Shown here: piece after piece, positions 1 through 10,469 of the stretch
Layout: each line of letters opens with the position of its first letter
Position numbering within the stretch: the first letter of the stretch is position 1
DNA from: Dipteris shenzhenensis
Lineage: Eukaryota
NCBI GenBank assembly: GCA_047967505.1
Contig: CM106538.1
Reading direction: 5' to 3' (one strand)
DNA length: 64,000 nt
Made by a program: the position numbers and the translations under genes
The notes under the pieces: model-generated
The model's input: the letters and a program-made list of their open reading frames with translations, nothing else
The model's database searches: none
What the model was told of the DNA's origin: nothing

Positions 1-2828
1 TACAAAATTCTGGCCAAGGCAATCAGCCTCCGATTGCAGCCCCTTCTCCCAGATCTTATTCATGACACTCAGACGGGATTTGTGCATGGCAGAAGCATTT
101 TTGATAACATTTTCTCTTTCTGGGAAGCCTCAGAGTGGGCCATGCAGAGTGGCCAGCAGAATCTAGCCATTCTACTTTTGGATTTTGAGAAAGCTTATGA
201 CAGAGTAGATTGGAGTTTTTTGGAGGGCACCCTTCTACGTTTTGGCTTTACTGATGCTTGGATCAGAGGTGTTTCGTCCTTGTACATATCAGCCCACAGC
301 CAGGTACTTATTGGTGCGGTAAGGAGTGAGAGATTTCAGATTTCTAGATCAGTCCATCAGGGATGCCCCCTTGCTCCTTTCCTTTTTTTGTTCGTGGCCG
401 AAGCTATGAGTATCTATGTTAGATCTCAAGCTGACATTATTGGGCTGAGACTTCCCATTAGAAGGGAAGAGGAGTTACTTGACAGTGAGTTGGCAGATGA
501 CACAACAGTTTACTTGGATGCCACCACTCCACAGACGATCACTTCTTTTAGGACAGCATTGGATTTATTTTGCTTGGCGGCGGGAGCGCAGATAAATTGG
601 CATAAATCCAATGGCTTTTGGATCAGTGATGAGGACACTCCAGTTTGGGGGCTTGACATAGGATTTACTTGGGTTCAGAGGGGTGTGCCTGTCAAGTATT
701 TGGGCTGCTAGGTCGGCTTGGATATTTCTTCCACGCAGCAGTTTGCTCCCGTGTTGGAGAGCATCAAGAGGAAGCTCCTTTTTTGGAGCTCAACCAAGCT
801 AGATCTTGCCTCTAGAGTTGTGGTGGTCAACCAGGTCCTCTTGACCACGGCGTGGTTTGTTTATTCTTGCTGGTGCTATTCTAGGGACTGCATCACTCAG
901 CTCAAGAGACCGATCAGAAATTTTCTTTGGAGTGGGCTTGATGGCACAGCAGATACCTTAGCCAGGGTGGCTTGGGAGACCCTCATCCTCCCTACATAGG
1001 AAGGGGGTCTCAATATTATTGATCCAGATTTACAGAGTGTAGAGCTTTACTATGCAAGATGGTGGTGCGAGGACTTATGCCAGGGCAAGAACCGTGGAAG
1101 GCCTTTCTTATTAGCAACATACAGAGGTGCACACCTTATTCAAGAGGAGACTAGATGAGTAGTATTAGGTGGATCTTCACCACAGCACACCTCAGATCAC
1201 CTTCGTCCCCCCTCATGGTTGCCATTCTGAAAGCATGGGCCAGTTTTAGAAGCACTCTTCGGAGGATTCCTCGTTCCTCTCATGAAGAGATTGATAGGCA
1301 ACCCATCATGTGGAATGACAGTATTTTAGATGATCATGGCAGACCACTTGGTGCTTCACTCTACATGCAGTGGTCCAGGTGGGAGAGGGGATCTGCATCA
1401 TCTTTGGGGTCTTGGAAAGCTTTCCGCATGCTTCCAGAGGAGACCAAGTCTCAGTTGACAGGACATCTCAGAGGGAGTGCAAGGAGGATCTTGCAGATTG
1501 AGGCAGCCCTTCTAGAGGAGTGGGTAGACACAGATGATATGCCACTCACTTGCTCCACTTGGGCAGGTATTTTTACGAGAGGCGGTGTTCCGCTTCAGGT
1601 TTTGGACTTTCGAGATGCACAGGAGGATGCTTTAGTTTTTACTATGCAGGATGGTGGCAGATTGCTCAGATCCACAGAGGACATCTTGCTTGAGTCTGCC
1701 TTTCAGCCTATCAAGGTTGTAGGTCTTTTGGTGCAGGGATCAAATTCAGAGTGGTTCCTCGACCAAGACCCCCGGCTACTCTCCACCGGGTCTTGGAGGC
1801 TTTGGCTCTACGGTGGAGTTCCCATTAGGTATTTGCAATGGGACCCTGGAGAGTGGGAGTGGATTGACGCAGGGCATCAAGAGAAGAGCATCCCTTTCTT
1901 TCGTTACACGATCAGTAATGCCAGGAGATTTCAGCTCAGTAGTAGAGGCTGGAGACCTTCCAGAGTTCCTCATTGGGAGACATTTGATATCACTGCGGAT
2001 CTGCAGAGGTACTTCTGGAGGAGACTCTGGAAATCCCACAGGAATAGAAAGATCACTCTCTTCTTTTGGCTTTCTATCCATGGTGGGATTGCAGTGAACC
2101 TTTGGAGATCTAGGTTCGGGGCCGACCCTACTTGCCCTCGTTGCCTCTCTGCTTCGGAGACTAATCAGCATTGTTTATGGGATTGGAGACATGCGAGGAT
2201 GATTTGGATGGGGGTAGCCAGGATTTTCAGTCACTTTGCCCACTCCCCATTCTTTATGACATGGGGCTCAGTGGCTTGGCTTTCTCTTACAGGGCCTCAG
2301 GTATTCTATGAGAGACTTGACTCCTCTCAGGCCTTTTTGGTTCGACGTCATCAGATAGAGCCCTGTTCATTGGATGTGGTACCACACCTTCCTTTTACAG
2401 ATGTACATGCCTATGTGGATACTTCTTGGGAGATTTTAGCGAGCATAGCATCCTAGCATATCTGGAGAGCCAGATGCACAGAGGCTATGGAGGGTACTCA
2501 GGTTCATCCCTCACACACTTTGGCTAGTATCTGGACAAACACCGTACATACTTTGATGGCCGTATGGATGAGTATACAGGGAGACTCCCGTGCAGCCTCA
2601 ACTAGGAGGGCTTCTTTCTTCAGGGAATGGAAGGATTCTTCTTTCGTCTCTGAGACTCCTACAGGGTTGAGGTGGCACTTTCAGCCTCAGCCTTGGTTGT
2701 TTTCCACCTCACTTTGAGGGGGTTTTATTTATCCTCATGATTTCATGATGTTGTATTTCCGCTCAGAGCTTGCTCTAGCGAGTTTCTTTCTTATTTACTA
2801 GAAGTCTCTTTTTTGCAAAAAAAAAAAA
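1..2828 (+). mobile_element. L1-clade LINE, 3' part (RT, long C-terminal region, zf-RVT), degenerate, poly(A) tail
   Basis: ORFs 34-711 (QTGFVHGRSIFDN, LLDFEKAYDRVDW, HQGCPLAPFLF, ELADD), 718-999, 1155-2456 (CPRC..ETNQHCLWD zf-RVT) and 2487-2717, broken by stops/frameshifts; poly(A) at ~2817-2828; continues beyond the window start. Confidence 0.95.
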
Positions 2829-2859
2829 GATCGAGTAAAAAACATGGGATTCAGACTTT

Positions 2860-4210
2860 TATAACCAGCTTAAGTGAAAATCATAAGGTGAGCATTACAT
2901 CTGAAAGTAATGAGCAATCATACATTGTATGAATGACTATCCAACATGATACACATAAGGTGGACTGAGGATATGGGGTAGTTATCCTTAATTTCCACCC
3001 TATGACTACATTATCTATGTGAGACCCAAGTCATCTCTCTGCTTGGCGAATCCTCTCGTGGTAGAGATTTGGTGAAGATATCAGCTAAAGTCTTTCTGAG
3101 GCAATACACCGTCTCAACTTCTCCATTTGTGCTTTGTGAGAGCATGGGACATCAGATTCATTATCAATGCAATACAACTCTGGTTGTCACAATAAAATCT
3201 GTGTGGAATCCTCTTGCTGAAATCCAAATCAGCAAGGATCAGATGAATCCATATGCTCTCACAGACTGAAAATGTGGTTGTCTTATACTCTGCCTCTATA
3301 GATGAAGGTGCTGTACCAAGAAACTATGGATTCACAGAGAGTAAAGCAATAACTCGTATGTGAACTCTTGAATTAGTAGGCATCTCCACGTACCTTCAAA
3401 CTCCTTTTTCAGCTCTCCAATAAATCGCTTTTGGCTGAGCCATTTGTTGACTGAGCCATTTGTTGACTTAATACTCCTGCTTGAGATGTCTGTCGGGCCT
3501 GGTAGTAGTCACTATATAAGACTGCATTGGGCCTGGCTTGCCATAGTAATGGCATGGTCCTTTAATGGCTGCTCTGAAGCTTTTAATGTACTGAATTGTG
3601 CTTATGATCAGAAGTTAAACCTCCTTCGCAACAAGAGGAGGTTTGTGAGATTGGCTTGCCTCTCTTAAATCCTTTGTACTGCTTTTGATTACCCCCTGTT
3701 GACCTATTGGTCTTCTTTTCCATTCATTCCTTGAGGAAAGATATATGCATCTTCACGATTGTGCTGTCCCAAATCCTTTTGGCATTGCTCTTCGTATAGA
3801 AGCATTCCATCCAGCTCTGTGATGATGTAGGGAGTGGCTCTTTGCAATGGCATCATATCTCAACTTGTAATAAAATCTTGAAACTTGGTGTCAAGTTATT
3901 CAAGGTAAAGAGGGAGTATGTGTGCATCCTTGACCTTTCTACCAATGGATGCAAGCTGCTGAATAATATCTTTTAGCTTTGTTAGATGACTCTCCACTGT
4001 ATATAGTTCCTTAAATACGAACTCATTGCACTTTATTATGGACGACGACATCACTTTTGCCTTTTGGCTACAAGAATGTTCTTCATGGCGACTTCCACAT
4101 GGACTAGTTAGTGCAATCCAGCTTACAGCAAGAATTAAGCCACTTCTTTGCATCTTAAATGTCTTTCCAAGCTTGTACTATGCTTGTGCCTACTTGCTAG
4201 AACCTTGAAG
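2860..4210 (-). mobile_element. Degenerate Ty1/copia remnant (gag fragment, RNase H end)
   Basis: Minus strand encodes ADIFTKSLPR (~3055-3085, copia RNase H C-terminus) and TVESHLTKLKDIIQQLASIGRKV (3896-4153, copia gag-like); heavily deleted; boundaries approximate. Confidence 0.75.
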
Positions 4211-4224
4211 CTGTTGGCATGTCA

Positions 4225-5991
4225 GCAAGGCAGTGCAAGCATGAGCTTCTTCCACTATAAAGGCTGGTGCAGCTGCTTGTTTGTTCTCTCTGAGAGTTTA
4301 TGTCTCTCTACTTGTTGTTTTCATTAGCGAGTGCGGCAATGTCTTGGTCTCTTGTGTGAGCCTTTGTGGCCGAGTCTCTAGTCTTTTACAAATTCTATTG
4401 TGGGCCATGACAAGCCTGGTAGGGATGCGTGGCAGGCCTTTGAGTCATTCTATATAATAAAATGTGTGGACCTTGTAGGAGGGTTGATCAAGGTATTACG
4501 AGATTTTGTGGTTGTGCCACATGGCAACTTGCCATGGAACTGTGGACGTGGTAAGAAGATTTGTAAAAGGATTCCGGTGGCTCTTCCTTCCTCCCGGTTG
4601 GTTCGTGGATGCTTGGCCTTTAGGGTCGTTGGCGACCTCTTGTTTGGCTACTGGAACCTCGGAGCTACTGGCACGTCGGCAAGGCAGTGCAGGCATGAGC
4701 TTCTTCCACTATAACGGATGGCGCAGCTGCTTGTGTGTTCTCTCTCAGACTTTACATCTCTTTAGCTTTATTTCTATCAGCCTGCTACTTTTTTTTTGCC
4801 GAAAAAACAATGCTAATTATATTACTTCGAAAACAAGATACAAGAGGTCAGCATTGCAGCTGACGGGCTGCGTTCACAAATCGGACGCAGCCCAAAAAGA
4901 TAACAAAAGTAAAGCTCTCTCTCACGGAGGGATAAGGCGAGTGTGAATGAACAGCCAGAGAGGTGGTGAGTAGCGCCACCGAAGGCCCTGCGAAGCCTGC
5001 TCGAAGAAGAGGCCCTGTGTGTCCCAAACCCGGAGGAAGCGTCTCCGCTTCTCCCGACCGGCCCGGGAGTCCCCCTGTATCTGGTCCCACTGGCCTCTGA
5101 GGGTATGTATAATCTCACTCCAGATGTCAGTCATGATCTGGGAAGTCGATAAGGAGGTGCCACCGAGGATCTGCGCAAGGTCCAGATGTGCCAACCTGCG
5201 ATGCTGCTGATAATCTCCCAGACTGGCTGCCTCTCCTGAGCTCCTGTGCCGGCCTCTACCAGGTGCTGCGGGATACTCTCGAGCGGCCCCCACGTCCCCT
5301 GTGTAATAAGGAATGTGGGGTCCTGCTGACAGGCCTCGAATAAATGATGAAAACCAGGTGCGGTGCTGCACCAGCAGAACGCGCCCCAAGTGATCAATCC
5401 TAGCTCCGGTGCTGCGCGAGTAAGGATCCCGAAAGTCCACCTCCACACTTCCTGGGCACGAGTGCAACTCCATAGGCAGTGTTTTGGTGACTCCTCGTCC
5501 TCATGACAGATCTGACAACGTCCGTCCTGGCCAATCTGCCGCAACCAGCTCCCCACTGGAAGACCTTTGTGGGCAAGAAGCCACAAGAAGTAGGAGATCT
5601 TCCGCGGCCGCCAACTCTCCCACAAGGCCTTCCAGAAGGCTTGCAAAAAGAACCTGGAAATACCCTGTGCATACCAACTGGGCCGCTGGGTGGGAGGGCG
5701 GCTCTGCATCCTCCCTAGAACTCACCTGCCCAAAGTCGTGCTGTAGGCAAAGGAGGTCGGCCCCTGACCTGTCGCAATCTCTGGCCATCTCCACTCTCCT
5801 GGGTCCCAATCAAGTCTGACAAGGCCCGCCCCTCCCAGAGCCAGAGACGCCAAAGCTGCAGCTGATCCTGCTCTATGCAAGGGCTATCAGCCTGCTACTA
5901 GGTCTTGGTCTCTTGTGTGAGCCTTTGTGGCTGAGTCTCTAGTCTTTTACAAAGTCTGTGAGCCGCAACAGGCCGAATCGGGATGAGTGGC
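4225..5991. repeat. Imperfect ~210-bp direct repeat (LTR-like); second copy split by an L1 insertion
   Basis: 4225-4432 matches 4679-4789 joined to 5900-5991 (gcaaggcagtgca.gcatgagcttcttccactataa ... gtcttggtctcttgtgtgagcctttgtggc.gagtctctagtcttttacaaa). Confidence 0.7.
4790..5883 (-). mobile_element. 5'-truncated L1-clade LINE with 16-bp TSD
   Basis: Poly(T) at 4789-4797; minus ORFs 5131-5709 (RKISYFLWLLAHKGLPVG, CQICHEDEESPKHCLWSC zf-RVT) and 4922-5473 (WRYSPPLWLF); TSD ctatcagcctgctact at 4774-4789 and 5884-5899. Confidence 0.95.
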
Positions 5992-6430
5992 TGTCACAAA
6001 ATCATTCTCATCCCAAGAAATAAAGTTTATTATTGAATCCAATCAAAGAAAGTTGACTTTAGTCGACTAGAGCAAGTTTCTTTTTCCTTTGTTTTTGCAT
6101 TAGTTAAAATACTTTGTGGGGACACCCATAAGGGACTAGAATCAATCCAAGAACTAGAATGCATGCATTAGCTAACCTCTAATGGGTTAAAGTGTGTTGG
6201 ATATTGTTGTATTTGCTGCAAGACCTTGGAGAGTGCAAAAAGTCCCACATTTTAAGGGAAAAATGTGCCAAGCTGGACTACCAGCTTTTAGAAAGGATCC
6301 TTCCGAGAGGAAAACGAGATTCAGCTAGCTTTTACTGGCTGAAAGCAAGGCAAAGCTAGAATTAGCAAGGCTGCCCTAGTTTTTTAAATAAGTAAGCTTC
6401 TGTTATTAGAAATCCAATTGTATTAGATTC
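5992..6430 (+). mobile_element. Gypsy LTR fragment (same family as the LTR at 56285)
   Basis: Starts TGTCAC and aligns with 56285-56570 (aagggactag...gaatgcatgcatt.gctaacctctaatgggt.aaagtg..ttggatattgtt); right end approximate. Confidence 0.8.
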
Positions 6431-6459
6431 ATGCTTCTTCGTGAGCCAGCTTGTAAACA

Positions 6460-6461
<2 letters not shown>

Positions 6462-6516
<55 letters not shown>

Positions 6517-6638
6517 CTCTCCGCTCAGCCTCTCCGCCTCTGCTAGCCCTCCGCTCAGCCTCTCTGCCTCAACCACCCCTCACTCGCTCCGCCTCCCCTC
6601 TGCTCAGCCTCTCCGCCTCAGCCCCCCTCACCCGCTCA

Positions 6639-6680
<42 letters not shown>
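6462..6680. repeat. (CT)n microsatellites and CT-rich low-complexity tract
   Basis: Long (CT)n at ~6462-6512 and ~6640-6677 with ccgcctcagcc-type units between. Confidence 0.9.
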
Positions 6681-6681
<1 letters not shown>

Positions 6682-6865
6682 GTAGCTCTCCCACCCGTAC
6701 AGCCCCGTCTGTACCCCTCCGTCCGTACTTCTCTGTTCGTACAACCCCGTCTCCCGTTAGCAGCCCATCAGCAACAAACACACTAACCCTAACCCTGAGT
6801 TGGGCTAAACCCCCAACCCAACCCGGGGGTTAGGTTCAGCTAGGGGGTTCAACAAACATCCAATT

Positions 6866-7400
6866 ATGGACTGGCCTACCCTCTCCTCCAAGTCCCCATC
6901 AACTCCTTCAACCTCCATCAGGATTCGATACTCCACAGTTGCAGCCATGACACACTCTCCTTATGCACGGAATTACGAACAAGAAGGCTCAAAACGACCC
7001 ATCCTTGGGCAACAGGATCAGATTTTTTATCTGCAGGAGGCAGTGAGAGAGCTACGATAGGAACTGGCAAAACTAAAGGCTTGAATTCACATTCTGGAAG
7101 GGCTTGGTAAGCAGACAGTAATTGATGAGGCTGTAAAATCTTGTAAGGATTCCCCCCCTACCCCACAGCTAGTCTCTATAGTCAAAGATCTTGTTCACAT
7201 TGAAGTACAAACTGCTAAGAAGGAAGTGATTGTGGAAATGGACACCAAAGCAAGTAAGTCTGATATTCAAGCAAAGATCAAAGAACATGAAGCTAGAAGT
7301 GATAATGTACCGAAGATTAGAATAGGGGGACTCCCCGAAGATTGGTACAAAGAGGAGGACACATATAGTGAAATATTGACAAAGGTCAAAGGGATATCCA
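6866..7400 (+). pseudogene. LINE ORF1-like fragment (coiled coil + IRIGGLPE), probably RTE-X family
   Basis: QQDQIFYLQEAVRELR ... KIRIGGLPEDW; homologous to 8970-9705 (HEQIYFLQRKLR ... IRIGGL); in-frame stops. Confidence 0.6.
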
Positions 7401-8205
7401 CAAGTTCATCACAGAATGTCTTACCTGTCGGAAAGTAAAGTGTGAAAGACAATAGACAGCTAGTCTTTCGGTGCCCCAGGCTCCTTGGGAAAGTATAGCC
7501 ATGGATTTTATCTTTGATTTTCCAAGGTCAAAGAATGGAAATGATAATTGATAGGTTCAACAAGCAGGCTCACCTTATTTCTATCAAGAAGACCCTAAAG
7601 ACCAGACCACATGGCAAGATTGTTTTTGGCACAACTTTACAAGTACAATGGGATGCCTAAGCCCATAGTTAGTGAACCGAGATCTGAGAATGATCAGCTT
7701 GTTTTGGAGAGCAATATTCGATAACTTGGGGACAAAGTTGGATTTCTCATCTTCTTTTCACCCCCAATCAAACGGTCAAAGCGAGATTGCTAATTCCATG
7801 GTGCTAGATTTTGGAAGTGCTATGTGTCTGAGCAAAAAGCTGAATGGGAAAAGCATCTTTCTTTTCTCACCCACAACTGCACAAGAAGGAAAGTCCCATT
7901 CGAATTGGTCTATGAAAATGTAATTTTGCCGCCTATTCTAAGGACCAAGGACGAGATTTTGGCAACCGATCAGTATGTTCAAGATCTAGAAATAGTTTTT
8001 TCTTACGATCGTACATCCATTGAAATATCTAGAGAGAAGCTCAAGTAAGATGCATATAAGCACAAAAGGAAAATTAATCTCCAAGAGGGAGATTGGTACT
8101 TCTCAAATTTGAGAAGCGTGGCTGAGGAAGATGAAAGGCAAAGAAAAGGTATATCCAAAGCTTTCAATCAGATATTATGGACCTTTCCAGGTCACAAAAC
8201 CAATA
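7400..8205 (+). mobile_element. Gypsy integrase fragment, degenerate
   Basis: PWESIAMDFIFDFPRSKNG, FWRAIFDNLGTKLDFSSSFHPQSNGQSE, RYYGPF; nearly colinear with 55200-55930. Confidence 0.9.
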
Positions 8206-8969
8206 AGATCTTCACAAGACCGTCTTTACGATGACTCAGGTAGCTAGGGCATGACTCCCACGGGGGCAGAATGCTTTGGCTCAACTAGAGATACAGTGTT
8301 TCCAAAAACACTTTCAAGATCCACTGACAAGGGCTGGCTTTTCGACACTTAACTGCAGCCAACTACCATGTATGCATAGCACCTTTTTGGGGGAAGAGTG
8401 ATCTCCTGAAGACAAAGTGGAGGAGATTTGAGTGGCTATAGGTGACTCTGGAGTCTAGGATGATTCGGAGTAAGCCCTCAGTCCCACATGAGATAGTACA
8501 TGCAGAGGTCACCATGACACCTCTCTAGGTTGATGCCATCTTTCAGATAGTGGCATTCATCCACAGATTCTAGGACTTACCTCACTGGAGACTACCGAGG
8601 CTCTGGCCTTACAGTCATCCAAACGACTAGCAGAGAGTGAGATAGACACATGGTATGCACGTATATCCATATGGTTTTCCTGGCATTGTATTCATATGGA
8701 CAAGCTTCCCCCCTTTTCAGTACGGCATGGATGCGCCACCTAAGTCGATCCCACGAGATGAGATCACCAAGCAGAAGGACGAGGAGGTCGACGCCAAGTA
8801 GGAGGTTATCATCGAAGAGTCACCGAACACAAAACCCTAGTCGCTGCCGCCTCTAGGTCTTCACCACCACACAAAACCTACCCGCCACTGCTTCTAGGTC
8901 ACCACCGCCTCTGGTCGTCTATTAGCTGGAGCAAACCCACCCTGGGCTGGGCTGAACCCTTGCCCCAGC

Positions 8970-9705
8970 TTGGGGGCTAGCCTTAGCAAAGGGAATCCTT
9001 CAGCACAGGCTAAGCTTTTTGCTATGACTCCAGCCAACAAGAAGCCCTGTTACACCTCCATAGCCCCAACGCCATCTCCCTATGCCTTGACCTACCACAT
9101 ATTCCAGAGTAAACTTGATCCACATGAGCAGATTTATTTCCTACAACGGAAACTTAGAGATGCAAACCTTCGCATTGCATCTTTGGAGAAGACAGTTTCA
9201 GCAATGAAAAGCAAGGGCAATGAGGGAATAATTCAAGAAGTTCTATAGCAATGCAGTACAACAACACTTGCACCACAACTTGTGAGCAAGGTATAGGAAT
9301 TGGTTACCGCTCAGCTCAAGTCTATTAAATAGGAATTCACAGCAACAGAGAATACCAAGATCAATAAGTGTGATGTGTATGAGGAGGTAAAGGATTGGAA
9401 ATAATCGGATTATACGAATAGGAGGGCTGTGCGGCGAGAACTGGACTCTGGAATGTGGAAGTATGACAACAAAGTTTGAACACCTCAAGAAGGCTATTCC
9501 GCAGATTGAATGGGATCCAGAAGATATAAATTTACAGGCAAGGATAATCTTTCAAGACAAGAAAGCAAGGAACGAAGTCCTTAGACAAACCAACAGCTGA
9601 GAGGTACTAGAATATGGATTTCAAAGAAGCTCACCCCAACTCAGCTCAAGGCAAGAAAAGCAGAATTGACAAAAGTAAAAGAAGCTCGAAAGGAAGGAAA
9701 ATGTA
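8970..9705 (+). pseudogene. LINE ORF1-like fragment (RTE-X/CR1-type ORF1 C-terminal motif)
   Basis: Coiled-coil ORF 8970-9248, then frameshifted ...KARNEVLRQT.LRGTRIWISKKLTPTQLKARKAELTKVKEARKEGK, a motif typical of L1/CR1-type ORF1 C-terminal domains. Confidence 0.65.
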
Positions 9706-9755
9706 ATGAAGGCCACTTCACAACAATAGTATTAGACTTTAGTAATGTGCTGAAT

Positions 9756-9868
9756 AGAGAGTTTGTTTGAGTATGCTTGTGCTTTCTAAGTTAGAAATGT
9801 ATTTTTGCCTCTTTGTAGAAACGATACATAAGTGTAAAGGGCCATTTAGCTATTTATGTTTTAAATAA

Positions 9869-9905
<37 letters not shown>

Positions 9906-10282
9906 TAGTTTTTTGGAAGTTTTTGTTTCTTGACTTGCTTGTTTATTTTTGCTTAGTCACCTACTTCGTTTCTTCTTTATTTCTTGTTTTCATTCTCTTT
10001 TGTTTATTTGACATATTTTAGTAAGCACTGGGTTTGCCCAAGAGACTCCGCGGGTCTTTAGAAACCCAGTATAGCTGCTTATGCTTGGGCTCTGATAACA
10101 ACATAAGTGTTGCTTTGCTTGCTAAGTATGTCTTCCTTTTGTTTTTCATAAAAGTTTTTGTTTACCTCTTTTTTCTTGTCTTTCATTTTCTCTTTTATTT
10201 TCTTTGTAGATTTTTAATCTTTAGAACAACAAAAATTCTAAATTTGTATGATTGGACTTATTCTAGTCTTACAAAGGTATAT
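9756..10282 (+). repeat. 5' pseudo-LTR of the PLE
   Basis: Near-identical to 16199-16699 from agagagtttgtttgagtatg to acaaaggtatat; internal (GA)n is longer here than in the 3' copy. Confidence 0.92.
10010..10132 (+). ncRNA. Candidate hammerhead-like ribozyme with non-canonical strand order (copy 1; core reads CUGAUAA)
   Basis: CUGGG-UU-UGCCCAAG / hairpin AGAC..GUCU / UUA-GAAA-CCCAG / CUUAUG-CUUGGGCU-CUGAUAA-CAA-CAUAAG, enclosed by stem 10010-10027/10116-10132. Confidence 0.6.
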
Positions 10283-10469
10283 TTTCCTATCACCTTAGCG
10301 GACATGCAAATTCTTTGAATTTTCGTCCAAGTGGTGATCATCTGTTCAACTACATTGTTTTATCTTACGCGGGTGCAGAAGCCCCAACAGCTAATCTTAT
10401 TCTCATTTATTCTTATTATTATTTTAACTCTTTTCTTTTTGTTTAATTTTTAATTCTCTCTCTCTCTCT

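Noticed and set aside
6783-6796. TAACCC telomere-like units (also ~14240-14250)
   Set aside because: Only about two units each; not a telomeric array
10028-10090. HDV-like ribozyme reading of the pLTR pseudoknot
   Set aside because: Extra UUAG between the would-be P3 and P1, no GG for P1.1 and no proper P4/J4-2; the hammerhead core explains the conserved nucleotides better
10034-10318. Duplicated hydrophobic ORFs (10034-10318 and 16463-16711) resembling a small membrane protein
   Set aside because: TTG starts; the Phe/Leu run is a by-product of T-rich pLTR sequence; they overlap the structured RNA and have no coding support
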